Source: Candidatus Limnocylindria bacterium (GTDB lineage Bacteria; Chloroflexota; Limnocylindria; Limnocylindrales; CSP1-4). Taken from it: a stretch of DNA of 57,311 bases. The notes below the pieces were generated by a model, which was not told the origin of the DNA, made no database searches, and was given only the letters and a program-made list of their open reading frames with translations. Made by a program: the position numbers and the translations under genes. This document shows, piece after piece, positions 1 to 9,205 of the stretch. The number at the start of each line of letters is the position of its first letter. Positions within the stretch are counted from its first letter, which is position 1. Location of the stretch: NCBI GenBank assembly GCA_041491485.1, contig JBGPVC010000002.1, positions 1-57,311 of the forward strand, written 5' to 3'.

Positions 1-237
1 CGACCCTGAGCGGATCCACCTCGCCCGCGGGGCTACTCGTGAGCCGCCTGACCGGGTCCGGCATGAGTGTTGAACGGGCCGAGGCGCTCGTGTCGGGGTG
101 GGAGACTTGAGCGACCGCCCATGGCCTCGAGCCGGCACTCCCTGGCATTCTGGGACGGCGGCCTGCACTGGGGTGACGACCCGAAGGAGCATCGGCTGCC
201 GAACGTGTGACCCGAGTACGGTTGGCCCGCCCGCGCG

Positions 238-750
238 TCAGCCCATCAATGTCAGCCCGTACCGCGCGATCAGTTCCGGCACCCATTCCATCGAGACCTT
301 CGAGCCGTACTGCGCGGCTGTCGCTCCCATCGTCTGGGGCGTGAGCTCGCCTCGCGCTCCGAGCTCGCCAAACTTCGCGAACATCTCCTCGAGCCCGGAC
401 GGCGTGATGATCTCGAGGATCCGCGCGGGCCGGTCGTCGGGGTTCCAGAAAGTGTGCTGGATCCGGCGCGGCTTCAGGACGTACGAGCCGGCCTCGGCGA
501 TGAACTCGTCGTCGCCGATCCGGACGCCGATGCGACCCTCGAGGATGTACGACCACTCGTCATTGTCGTGGTGGATGTGCGGCGGCACGAGGACCCGCGG
601 GGCGACCGGGTGTTCAACGATGGAGATGACCCCGTTCGTCGCCGTTCCGGGGATCTTGGTGATCACCCCGACCGGGCCTTCCATGACGACCTCGCCGTCC
701 GCCGGCTCGACGAGAAACCGCTTGCCCGCACCGATCGGGGATGTGGTCAT
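238..750 (-). CDS. cupin domain protein
   Basis: 170 aa. Cupin-like His/Glu pattern (VPPHIHHDNDEWSYILEG ... IQHTFWN). ATG at 748-750. Divergent from a TetR gene. Confidence 0.8.
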   Translation of the reverse strand: MTTSPIGAGKRFLVEPADGEVVMEGPVGVITKIPGTATNGVISIVEHPVAPRVLVPPHIHHDNDEWSYILEGRIGVRIGDDEFIAEAGSYVLKPRRIQHTFWNPDDRPARILEIITPSGLEEMFAKFGELGARGELTPQTMGATAAQYGSKVSMEWVPELIARYGLTLMG

Positions 751-766
751 GTCGCACCTCTATTCT

Positions 767-784
767 ATGCACAGCTATGTGCAT
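767..784. promoter_or_regulatory. inverted repeat ATGCACA-gcta-TGTGCAT in the cupin/TetR divergent intergenic region; candidate TetR operator
   Basis: 7-bp perfect arms at 767-773 and 778-784 in an unusually AT-rich 80-bp spacer. A third TGCACA half-site (832-837) overlaps the TetR start region. Confidence 0.4.
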
Positions 785-836
785 CCATATCTGAGGCTAG
801 CCACCGGCGCCCCATTCGTCAATACTTTCGGTGCAC

Positions 837-1484
837 ATGGCTGGGCAAAAGAAACCAACGGGTCCGCGCGCGTACCGGATGGGACGACGGCGGGAGCAGC
901 TCGAGGCGATGCGCCAACGCATCGCCGCAGCGGCGTTCGAGCTGCACGGCACGGTTGGACCGGCGCAGACATCGATCAGCGCGGTCGCCGAACGGGCTGG
1001 AGTCCAGCGTCACACGGTCTACCACCACTTCCCCGATCTGACGTCGCTCTTCCGCGCCTGCACGGAGCACGGCATGCGGATCACTGGGGTGCCCGACGCG
1101 GCATCGTGGCGCGCCATCGAGGACCCGGTGGCCCGCCTTCGTCTCGCGCTGGGCGAGCTGTACGCGTACTACCGAGCCAACGCCCGACTCCTTGGCAATA
1201 TCGTTCGGGACAGGCCCCTGACGGCAGCCATTGGCGGCTCGGAGGCATTCGTTGAGCGCATGACCGAGCTGTTCGCCGCGGTCGCTCAGGGGTGGCCGCA
1301 CGATGCCGCGACGGAGCGTCTGCGCATGGCGGCGATCGGCCACGCGATGGAGTACGAAACGTGGCGATCGCTGACCGACAAGGGGCTGTCCGACGCAGAA
1401 GCGGGCGATCTCGTGCTGTGGCTCGTCAGCGCGGTAGGGAGTGGCGCCGAGCCGCCAGACCCGGGCTCGATTGGCGGGCCGTGA
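837..1484 (+). CDS. TetR family transcriptional regulator
   Basis: N-terminal TetR HTH (RQRIAAAAFELHGTVGPAQTSISAVAERAGVQRHTVYHHFPD). Start is ATG 837 or GTG 831. Confidence 0.85.
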   Translation: MAGQKKPTGPRAYRMGRRREQLEAMRQRIAAAAFELHGTVGPAQTSISAVAERAGVQRHTVYHHFPDLTSLFRACTEHGMRITGVPDAASWRAIEDPVARLRLALGELYAYYRANARLLGNIVRDRPLTAAIGGSEAFVERMTELFAAVAQGWPHDAATERLRMAAIGHAMEYETWRSLTDKGLSDAEAGDLVLWLVSAVGSGAEPPDPGSIGGP

Positions 1485-1692
1485 CGGGTTCGGCTTCTCG
1501 TCTATGGCGCGCATGAGCGGGCGGGTATCCGCTCACCTGCCTCGGCTTCCGCAACGATGGGTTCATGGTGTCGGTCGGGTCTAAGCCCTCGTCGCAGCCT
1601 AGACGCCTGGACAGGTCGTTACGCCGTCGATTGTTCACCCCCACCCCCGCCGTGTCCGTTTCGGCGGTGCAGCTCGTCCCCCGGCGGCGCGC

Positions 1693-2043
1693 TCAGCAAC
1701 TCAGATGGCGATGAATCTGGCAGTCCTTGATTACCTGCTCTGGCGTGAAGATGCGGACGGGATCTTCCATTGGATGGTGGCGCTGACGATCGCGGGTCGC
1801 CGCCCCGGATACCTGCGCCGGCCACGTCCGGTGATAGACGATCGTCCCGCGCTCGGGATGAACCGCCCCGACCGATAGCGATCCTCCGTTGACGGCGACT
1901 GCCTGCCGGTCGGATGTCGCCCGACCAACGGCGAAGCCGCCTGCCGCGACACTGACCACGAGGGCAGCCGCGATCGCGAGTCTGCTCGGACCTTGCAGGT
2001 CCAGCCGCAGCGGATGTCCCGCCGAATTGAACATGGCGCTCAT
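1693..2043 (-). CDS. hypothetical signal-anchored/secreted protein
   Basis: ATG at 2041-2043 preceded by GGAAGGAGAGG. Hydrophobic segment LAIAAALVVSVAAGGFAV. No recognisable domain. Confidence 0.5.
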   Translation of the reverse strand: MSAMFNSAGHPLRLDLQGPSRLAIAAALVVSVAAGGFAVGRATSDRQAVAVNGGSLSVGAVHPERGTIVYHRTWPAQVSGAATRDRQRHHPMEDPVRIFTPEQVIKDCQIHRHLSC

Positions 2044-2192
2044 CGCACCTCTCCTTCCCATCCTTCGCCCCAACCCGGGGTCGGCTGATGCATGGGACGG
2101 TAGGTATCGGGAGCCGCGCGAACATCGTGCAAACGCTTAGGCGGACGCCCGCCGGATACGTAATTTTCTCCGCCGGCTCTCAGGTGGCCCGC

Positions 2193-5100
2193 CTATCGGA
2201 TGGGCACACCGCGCTCGTCCGAGGAACCGGGGAGGAGGCCGCGCCGGGTCGCGATGGCCGCCGCTTCGAAGCGGCTCCGCGCTCCGAGCTTGCCCATGAG
2301 GTTCGAAACATGGACCGAGGCGGTCCGCTCGCTGACGAACAGGGCCGCTCCGATCTCGCGATTGGTGCGTCCCTCGGCCAGGAACGCGACGACCTCGCGT
2401 TCGCGTTGCGTTAGCTCCGTCGATGGACCGCGGACTCGCCTTGCCGGGCGTGGAGCAAGGAGCGAGAGCCGCGCTCTCCGCGCGAGCTGCTCGATCCTCC
2501 GCAGGAGCGGGCCCGCTTCGAGGACGGCAGCGGTCGCGTAGGCGGTCCGCAGAGCCTTCTCGGCCTCACCGCGCGATCCGGCGGCGGCGAGGATCGCCTC
2601 TGCGTGCCGGAACCGCGCGTAGGCTGCCTCATAGGGTTGGGGGAGTGCCTCGCGAGCGCCCGCTGCACGGTCCCAAGCATTTGGATCGGACCGATCGAGG
2701 AGGCGGTTTCGTTCCGCGATCTCCCAGGCCAGGTAGGCCTCAGCCAGCGGCCCGGACTCGCCGGTCGCGAGCGCGGCCTCCACCGAACGGCGCAAGAGGT
2801 CGCCGTAACGGGTCCCGCATGAGATGGCTTCGGCGGCCGCCCGTGAGCGTCGCCGCGCGCGCGCCTCGGACGCGGCGTCGGCTTCGCCGGTGACGGCTTT
2901 GCTGAGCACCCACCAGAGAGCCGACTCGTTCGGCGTCGGGCACGCCGCGATGGCAGTCTCGACGATTCGGCGAGCCTCTGCGATGCGCCCCTCGGCGTAG
3001 GCAAGATGAGCGGTCTCCTCCGTCTCACAGACGAGGTTGAAGGCGATCGCAGGGATGCCCAGAGTCTTGCCGAGGATCCGGCTGGCTTCCGCGAACTCGC
3101 CACGGCTGATGTGGATGCGAGCGACCATCACTTCTGCCCATGCCGTCGCCGGGCTGGCGATCCACCGCTCGTCCACCCGGCGGCCGTGCTCGCCAACCTC
3201 TTGCCACCGTCCAAGCTCGACGAGGCACTCGATCAGCACGGCGCGCAGGAAGTCCCCCTGGCGGCTCTCAGTTCCGTTGGCGATGGACGCTTCGAGGGCC
3301 TGACCGGCCACCTGGAGCCCCTGCTCGAAGTGTCCGGCGATCTCGAGCGCCCAGGTGCTTCCGTGCGCGATTCGGGCCAGCTCCTCCGGGTCACCGGCAT
3401 CGTTGGCTGCCTTGGCCGCTTCCCCGAAGGCCACCAATGCGGCACTGGAGCGCCCCAGATGGGTGAGCGTCTCGGCGACCACAGCGAGTGCTCGACCCTC
3501 GGCGCCTCGCGCTCCGGCCTGCCGAGCGGCTGTTGCGGCTTCGCGGCCGAGCGCGAGGGCCAGCTCGTGGTGGCCGTGATACCGGCGGAGCGCCGCCAGG
3601 TTAGCGAGGACCTGCGCCCGGAGGTCGCCTGGTGTTCCGGCCGGCACGAGCGTGATGCCGGCCGACCCGAAGCGCTCCAGGGCCGCGTAGTCGGATGCCT
3701 CCCAGGCGAACCAGAACGCCTGGGCGACGATGACGCCCGCCTCCAGTTCTCGACCGTGGCCGAGGGCCTCCAGGGCCTCCTCCGCCAGTCGGCAGCCTCG
3801 CGCCGGATCGTGCGCTCCGGCCGCCGACCGGGCGGCGCGGAACAGCAATTCCCAGCGCTCGAGTCCTGTTCGCGCCGCGGCATCGGCCACCTGTGGCCAG
3901 GACTCGATGGCCCGCTCGTACTGGCGGAGTGCCTCGGGGAACGCATAAACGACGGTGGCCGTTTGCGCTGCCCGGATCGCCGTGACCAGCGCTCGGGGGA
4001 GGTCGTTCGCGCGGAAGGCGTGATAGGCGATCTCACCCGCGACGTCGGCCGGGAGATCGTCATCGGCTGTTTCCGCCTGGAGCGCGCGTGCCACAGCCCC
4101 GTGCAGGGCGAGCCGTTCCACCGGGAGAAGGTCGGCATACGCCGCCTCACCAACGAGCGTGTGACGGAACGCATAGGCGGTTGACCGGCCCCCGTTCGCG
4201 GGGACGAGGATCCGCTGGTCGACCGCCTCGCGGAGGCACGCGAGGACCACGTCTTCCGCATCGGGGAGTACTCTCTCAAGCAGCCGATGATCGACCCGCC
4301 GACCGAGGACCGACGCGGTGCGCACGATCCGCCGCGCATCGGGGGACAGACCCGAGAGGCGAACGGCCATGACGCCGGCCAGGGTGGTCGGGATCCCCTT
4401 GTCGCCATTCCCGGCCGCCAATGACGCGATGAGTTCCTCGGCCAGAAATGCATTCCCATCGGAGCGCTGGACGAGCGAGTCGAGATCCTTCACCTCGAGC
4501 GCGCGACCGAGGATCGACGCGGCAAGGTCGCCGAGATCGGTCCGCCCGAACCGCTCGAGATCGAGGCGCTCGATGCGCCCAGAGCGTTCGAGTTCGGCAA
4601 GGACCTGCAGGAGCGGGTGCTCCCCTGACAGCTCGTCGCTTCGATATGTCGCAACGACAAGCATGGGACTGTCGCGCAGATTCCCGATGAGGTACTGGAG
4701 GAGTGCTCGGGTCGATGCGTCCGCCCAGTGCAGGTCCTCGATCGCGAGGACGATAGGACGCTCCCGGGCCATCGCGGTCAGGACTGTCCGGACGGCCTCG
4801 TACAAACGCCACGCCCCGCTAGGCCGCTCGTCCGGGAGCCGTTCGGGTGTCGTCGCCAGCTCGGGAATCAGCCGTGCCAGCGCCTGGCGATGGGGTCCCG
4901 CGAGCGCCATGACGCGATCCCGCCCCAGGACCGCGACGAGTGGTCGAAGCGCCTCAGCCAATGGCCCGAACGGAAGCTCATCGCCGAGCGGGATGCACGC
5001 CCCGACGAGCACTGTTGCGCCAGCGGCCTCGAATCCGCGACGCGCTTCTTCCAGGAGGCGGGACTTCCCGACCCCCGCCTCGCCCGTAACGAGAACGAAC

Positions 5101-5297
5101 ACGGGCCGACCGGCCGCCGCCTCGGCGTATGCGCCCGTCAGTCGTTCGAGGTCATCCGCCCTGCCGATGAAGCGGTCGCTGCTCACCCGCCTGGCCACGC
5201 CGCGATGATGGACGGCGGCGGTCTCCATCGCAAGCACGCTCGGGCGAGCGACCCCTCGAGCTCCGGGTCCTTGGAGCGGTTCATCGCGGATCAGCAA
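2193..5297 (-). CDS. LAL-type (large ATP-binding LuxR) transcriptional regulator
   Basis: Walker A (VLVTGEAGVGKSRLLEE), a long helical-repeat middle region, and a C-terminal LuxR HTH (LTQREREVVAFLAEGRTNREIGAALFVSERTASVHVSNLMGKLG). The start may be the internal Met at about 5228. Confidence 0.85.
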   Translation of the reverse strand: MLIRDEPLQGPGARGVARPSVLAMETAAVHHRGVARRVSSDRFIGRADDLERLTGAYAEAAAGRPVFVLVTGEAGVGKSRLLEEARRGFEAAGATVLVGACIPLGDELPFGPLAEALRPLVAVLGRDRVMALAGPHRQALARLIPELATTPERLPDERPSGAWRLYEAVRTVLTAMARERPIVLAIEDLHWADASTRALLQYLIGNLRDSPMLVVATYRSDELSGEHPLLQVLAELERSGRIERLDLERFGRTDLGDLAASILGRALEVKDLDSLVQRSDGNAFLAEELIASLAAGNGDKGIPTTLAGVMAVRLSGLSPDARRIVRTASVLGRRVDHRLLERVLPDAEDVVLACLREAVDQRILVPANGGRSTAYAFRHTLVGEAAYADLLPVERLALHGAVARALQAETADDDLPADVAGEIAYHAFRANDLPRALVTAIRAAQTATVVYAFPEALRQYERAIESWPQVADAAARTGLERWELLFRAARSAAGAHDPARGCRLAEEALEALGHGRELEAGVIVAQAFWFAWEASDYAALERFGSAGITLVPAGTPGDLRAQVLANLAALRRYHGHHELALALGREAATAARQAGARGAEGRALAVVAETLTHLGRSSAALVAFGEAAKAANDAGDPEELARIAHGSTWALEIAGHFEQGLQVAGQALEASIANGTESRQGDFLRAVLIECLVELGRWQEVGEHGRRVDERWIASPATAWAEVMVARIHISRGEFAEASRILGKTLGIPAIAFNLVCETEETAHLAYAEGRIAEARRIVETAIAACPTPNESALWWVLSKAVTGEADAASEARARRRSRAAAEAISCGTRYGDLLRRSVEAALATGESGPLAEAYLAWEIAERNRLLDRSDPNAWDRAAGAREALPQPYEAAYARFRHAEAILAAAGSRGEAEKALRTAYATAAVLEAGPLLRRIEQLARRARLSLLAPRPARRVRGPSTELTQREREVVAFLAEGRTNREIGAALFVSERTASVHVSNLMGKLGARSRFEAAAIATRRGLLPGSSDERGVPIR

Positions 5298-5466
5298 TGA
5301 CCGTCGGCCGAAGCCAGCGGACAGTCAGGGAGGATCCTCACGATCGCGTCATGGTGTCGGTGCAATGGACCCTGGCGAGCTGATCACACCGGCGGCGCGA
5401 AGATGACGCGGGGTTACCGTATGGGCCTGGGATGTTTCCCTGGGCTCTCGGTAGAGGGGTGTCGCG

Positions 5467-5823
5467 ATGGCTAACTTCGGACTGTTCCTTGGCTTTGGCG
5501 CTCCGCGTGCCGGTCGCGAGGTCCAAGCGAGCAAGGTCTTCGGGGAGGTCATGGCATACTACACGGGCCTCAAGCAGAAGGGGGAAGTAGAGAACGTCGA
5601 GGTCGCGATCCTCGAGGTGCATGGTGGCGATCTAGGCGGTTTCATCCTGCTGCGCGGAAGCCAAGAGCAGCTGGGTCGAGTCCGTGCGTCTGCGGAGTTT
5701 CAGCGGTTGCTCCTCCGCGGCGGCTTCGCTGTCGAGCACGTCGGGGTGGTCTCGGCGTTACTCGATGGGGAAGCCGCTCGTTTCGTGGGCGAGGCGAACA
5801 GCATCACGGCCGACCTGGCCTGA
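5467..5823 (+). CDS. hypothetical protein (118 aa)
   Basis: ATG preceded by GAGGGG. High GC3 coding pattern. No motif recognised. Confidence 0.55.
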   Translation: MANFGLFLGFGAPRAGREVQASKVFGEVMAYYTGLKQKGEVENVEVAILEVHGGDLGGFILLRGSQEQLGRVRASAEFQRLLLRGGFAVEHVGVVSALLDGEAARFVGEANSITADLA

Positions 5824-5871
5824 CCGCGCCTTGCGGCGATCGCAGCTGGTTACCGGACCCACGAAAGGCCC

Positions 5872-5893
5872 GCCACCATCCGTTCATGGTGGC
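5872..5893 (+). terminator. stem-loop GCCACCAT-ccgttc-ATGGTGGC downstream of the 118-aa ORF
   Basis: 8-bp perfect stem about 50 nt after the stop. No U-tract. Confidence 0.3.
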
Positions 5894-6130
5894 GTCCCGT
5901 CGACGGCTCGCGTTCGGGCCATATGGCTCTGTTGGGGCGGGCCGCCCAACCGCCTAGACTCTGGTCAAGCTCCGACCTCGGGACTGTCTCAGGTCTCGCT
6001 CTCTTGGCCAGAGAGAGCGATCGCACCGCACCAGGGGTCGGGGCTTTCTCTGTGATCGATCCCGAACGCCGAGCCCGCGAGTCCGGGCGAAGGGGTGGGG
6101 GGGCACGTCATTGTCGCGGACGGCGCCGAC

Positions 6131-6919
6131 CTAGCTGCTAGTCGCCTGATCCCCGAGGAGCTTCGGCCGTAGCCAACGCACGGCCACGGTCAATGCTCGT
6201 CGACCATCACCGAGCTCGTCGTACGCAGTCGATCGGGCGGGCTCGACCAGGTCGCTCACGAGCTCGCTCACGCGGGCATCGAAGACCGCCTGATCGTCCG
6301 GCGGAGCCCCTGGCGCGCCGTCGAGCTCAGCGATCCGCATAGCCATGACCGCCATCGTTTCGGATCGACTGCGCTGCTCTGTCCACGTGCGCCTGGCCGC
6401 CGGGAAGTCTGCCGCTGCGGCGTCGAGGTAGCGACCAACGACCCTCGCTCGCGCAGCTTCGAACGCATGTAGCTCGGTCACCCGACCGAGGAGGAGGTCT
6501 CGGAATTCAACGAGTTGGCGGAGCGTGTCGGATACACCTGCTTCGGGTCGTCGATCCACAATGAGGCCGAGCTGGGCGCTCAACGCGGCCTGGATGAGAC
6601 CCTCCCGGTCGAGGAACTCCTGGCTGGCGACGTTGATCCGCATGACGAGCTGGACCCGGAAGACCGTCTCGACGACAGCTCGCCGGATGGCAGCGTCCGC
6701 TTCTTCGCGGGGCTTGCCGCGGACCTGAGATCGAGCGCATTCCTCGGCCTCTCGGGCGAGCCGATCCATCGGAAACGCGTCTGGTCCGGCGTCGATGAGC
6801 GAGCGCGCATACGTGCTGAAGTCGTCGTAGCTCTGGGCCTCGTCGAGCCAGCGCAGCACGAGCTGGGTCGGTGTCATCGCCGCCTCGACCTTCGCCAAAC
6901 GTCGCTCGATCGTGGTCAC
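6131..6919 (-). CDS. hypothetical all-helical protein (262 aa)
   Basis: GTG at 6917-6919 forms a GTGA overlap with the stop of the upstream gene. The Arg/Gly-rich 112-aa extension in the ORF track (to 7255) looks non-coding. Confidence 0.55.
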   Translation of the reverse strand: MTTIERRLAKVEAAMTPTQLVLRWLDEAQSYDDFSTYARSLIDAGPDAFPMDRLAREAEECARSQVRGKPREEADAAIRRAVVETVFRVQLVMRINVASQEFLDREGLIQAALSAQLGLIVDRRPEAGVSDTLRQLVEFRDLLLGRVTELHAFEAARARVVGRYLDAAAADFPAARRTWTEQRSRSETMAVMAMRIAELDGAPGAPPDDQAVFDARVSELVSDLVEPARSTAYDELGDGRRALTVAVRWLRPKLLGDQATSS

Positions 6920-7332
6920 GCCGCGTCGTCCGGGAGGAGAACCGCGGCAAAGCGATCGCGGCCGACACCGACCGCCCCCTCGAGGGTGGCGATCCGCTCC
7001 TCGAGTTCGCCCGTTTCGAGGAGCTTCGCCGCCGCCATCGCGGCACTGATCAGGACCCTCGCCCGCACGATCGAGTTCTCCAGGCCAAGGGCGTCGAGGG
7101 TCGCGATCTCGAGGACCCGTCGGATCGCCTGGACCGTTCCGAGGCCAGTGACGTCGTAGGCCGCGGCGATCGTCCGCTCGCGCTTGCGCCGGACGCCGCC
7201 GAGGCGCTGCGCTTCGGCCAGATCCTCGGCCTTGCCCGGGTCGTGCCAGAAGCACAACGTCGAGTCGCGACCGGGTGGCGCCTGACAGGGTCGTCCGTCG
7301 GGCAGCTCCTGGACACAGCGACGCCTTACCAC
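6916..7332 (-). CDS. hypothetical protein with an N-terminal C-x9-C-x10-C-x2-H motif (138 aa)
   Basis: RCVQELPDGRPCQAPPGRDSTLCFWH, then a helical/coiled C-terminus. GTG start at 7330-7332. Translationally coupled to the 262-aa ORF. Confidence 0.55.
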   Translation of the reverse strand: MVRRRCVQELPDGRPCQAPPGRDSTLCFWHDPGKAEDLAEAQRLGGVRRKRERTIAAAYDVTGLGTVQAIRRVLEIATLDALGLENSIVRARVLISAAMAAAKLLETGELEERIATLEGAVGVGRDRFAAVLLPDDAA

Positions 7333-7452
7333 CGGTTACCTCTGGTAAGCCTCGGGGAGCTGGTAACGGTTCGCGCCGACCAGCACGATCCGGCCATCGT
7401 GTGGCGTAGGCTCGTTGATGATCACCAACCGTCGACGGAGGCTCTCGGCGCC

Positions 7453-7842
7453 ATGGATCGCCCGATCTGGAAGGACGAGCCGGACAAGCACGACTACCCG
7501 GCGGCGGCCTCGTACCTGTCGCTGCTCGCCGAGGCGGACATCGTTGCCGCCCTGTTGCGCCGCCTGGATCATGCCCCGGTCGCTCAATTCAAGGCCAAGG
7601 ACATCCTGCGCGCCTCCGGCCTCGTGGCCCTGCCGAGCACGAACCCTCATGTGGCCAGGGACCTGGGCAAGATCGCGGCCGGCACGCCGCTGTCGCCCGT
7701 CCTCCTCATCCGCGGTGATCTTGTTCACGGGGTCCCGGCCCAGGTCGCCGATGGCTACCACCGGATCTGCGCGAGCTACTTCCTCGACGAGGACGCGGAC
7801 GTCCCTTGCCGGATCGCCGGGCCGGACGGCCCGCATCGCTGA
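7453..7842 (+). CDS. small protein with a ParB/sulfiredoxin-like C-terminal segment
   Basis: 129 aa from ATG 7453. PVLLIRGDLVHGVPAQVADGYHRICASY resembles the ParB/Srx strand plus DGxHR motif. Assigned from the motif only. Confidence 0.45.
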   Translation: MDRPIWKDEPDKHDYPAAASYLSLLAEADIVAALLRRLDHAPVAQFKAKDILRASGLVALPSTNPHVARDLGKIAAGTPLSPVLLIRGDLVHGVPAQVADGYHRICASYFLDEDADVPCRIAGPDGPHR

Positions 7843-7909
7843 CCGGCTGTGCCTCTGAGCCGGGCGTCGAGACCCCCCTGGTTGACGTCTAGCGCTCGCC
7901 GCCCGCGAC

Positions 7910-9145
7910 TCAGCCATCGGCCCGGACCGCCTGCTGCCCGCTGAACCGCTCCCAGCGGGCGAGCGTGACATCGACGTAGACCGGATCAAGCTCGATCGCG
8001 GCGCACGCCCGGTCGGTCCGCTCGCAGGCGATGAGCGTGCTGCCCGATCCAACGAATGGATCGAGGACGAGGTCACGCTCATGGCTGCTGTTGCTGATCG
8101 CGCGTTCCATTAAGGCGAGTGGTTTCATCACTGGATGGAGCGGCGCGTCGGCAGGTCGCGCGATCTGCCACACGTCGGACTGATCACGGTCGCCGCACCA
8201 GTGGTGGTCGGCACCCTCGCGCCAGCCGTACCAGATCGGCTCGTATCCGCGCTGGTAGTCGGCCCGACCCAGGACGAACCGGTCCTTGGCCCAGATGATC
8301 GTGTCCGACCAGTGGCCGCCCTCCTCGGCCAGGACCCGGTTGACGAGCGGCCACTCCTTGGAGCTCATACACACGTAGACGGCGCCGTCGACCGAAGCGA
8401 CGAGCGTCCGTGTCCAGGCCCGGACGAACGCCTCCCAGGCAATTGGGTCGAGCGCGTCGTTGGCGATCCGTCGCCGACGCGCTCCCCGTGGCTGGCCGCC
8501 ATGATCGCCGAGGGCGACGTTGTAGGGCGGGTCGGTGAAGGCAATGGCGGCCTGCCGGCCATCAAGGACCTTCGCGACATGGGCAGACTGCGTCGCGTCT
8601 CCGCACAGGAGGCGGTGTTCGCCTAGTGCCCACAGGTCGCCTGGCTTGGAGCGGGGCTCCTTGGTCGCTGCATCGAGTGCCGAGTCGAGGTCGAACGCCT
8701 CCGGTCGTTCCCGCCGCTCGCGGGCCGACAGGCTCCGGAGCAGGTCGGCCACCTCGTCCTCGCCGAACCCCGAGAGCGTGATATCCAGCTCGGGCATTGC
8801 CTGGAGCTCGGCCAGCAGCCGGGCCAGGAGCTGCTCGTCCCAGGAACCACTGATCTTGTTGAGTGCGACGCCGAGGAGCCGCGTCTGCTCGACGGGCAGG
8901 TCCAGCCAGATCACCGGGACGGTCGCGATCCCGAGCCGCCGGGCGGCGACCAGGCGCTGGTGGCCACCCACCACGATGCCGTCATCGCGTCGGGCCAGGA
9001 CCGGCTGGACAAAGCCGAACTGGCGGAGGCTCCGGTTAAGCGCTTCGAGCTCCTCGTCGCCGATCCGCCGCGGATTGGCCGGATCCGGATGGAGGCGGTC
9101 GATCGGGACCTCCTCGACGGTGAGGGAGGGGAGGGCGATCGTCAT
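7910..9145 (-). CDS. ParB N-terminal domain fused to an N4/N6 DNA methyltransferase (beta-class motif order)
   Basis: ParB-like N-terminus (VPIDRLHPDPANPRRI ... VGGHQRLVAARRLG). Motif IV TDPPYN precedes motif I DPFVGSGST. Confidence 0.9.
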   Translation of the reverse strand: MTIALPSLTVEEVPIDRLHPDPANPRRIGDEELEALNRSLRQFGFVQPVLARRDDGIVVGGHQRLVAARRLGIATVPVIWLDLPVEQTRLLGVALNKISGSWDEQLLARLLAELQAMPELDITLSGFGEDEVADLLRSLSARERRERPEAFDLDSALDAATKEPRSKPGDLWALGEHRLLCGDATQSAHVAKVLDGRQAAIAFTDPPYNVALGDHGGQPRGARRRRIANDALDPIAWEAFVRAWTRTLVASVDGAVYVCMSSKEWPLVNRVLAEEGGHWSDTIIWAKDRFVLGRADYQRGYEPIWYGWREGADHHWCGDRDQSDVWQIARPADAPLHPVMKPLALMERAISNSSHERDLVLDPFVGSGSTLIACERTDRACAAIELDPVYVDVTLARWERFSGQQAVRADG

Positions 9146-9205
9146 CGGGTCCGGACCTTCGGCGAATGTGGAGACCGGCTTGCCGGGGTCGATAGGATTC
9201 GTGCC

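Noticed and set aside
3-110. Open + frame at the left edge ending ...LLVSRLTGSGMSVERAEALVSGWET*
   Set aside because: It may be the 3' end of a gene that starts outside the window. However, 35 codons with no motif are insufficient to call or name it.
98-1255. 385-aa + strand ORF spanning the cupin and TetR loci
   Set aside because: It overlaps the cupin on the opposite strand and the TetR gene in another frame. Its translation is Ser/Arg/Pro-rich with no motif.
2193-5297. Large ATPase-repeat protein considered as a STAND/Avs-like defence NTPase
   Set aside because: The C-terminus is a canonical LuxR/GerE HTH rather than a nuclease or other effector domain. The architecture matches LAL/MalT-type transcription regulators.
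5824-6130. 307-nt lower-GC intergenic region, and 54777-55099, scanned for tRNA, tmRNA or att-site remnants
   Set aside because: There is no cloverleaf-compatible sequence, and no GTTCGAATC-type T-arm with a matching acceptor stem. Only simple hairpins are present (5872-5893, about 5997-6018).
6871-7452. N-terminal 194 aa of the 323-aa ORF 6871-7842. Similar long N-terminal extensions occur in ORFs 6131-7255, 34278-36962, 16847-19096, 16011-17531, 18778-20151 and 11728-13647.
   Set aside because: The extensions overlap better-supported genes and are Arg/Pro-rich. The conserved protein N-termini begin at internal ATG/GTG codons that often form NTGA overlaps with the upstream stop.
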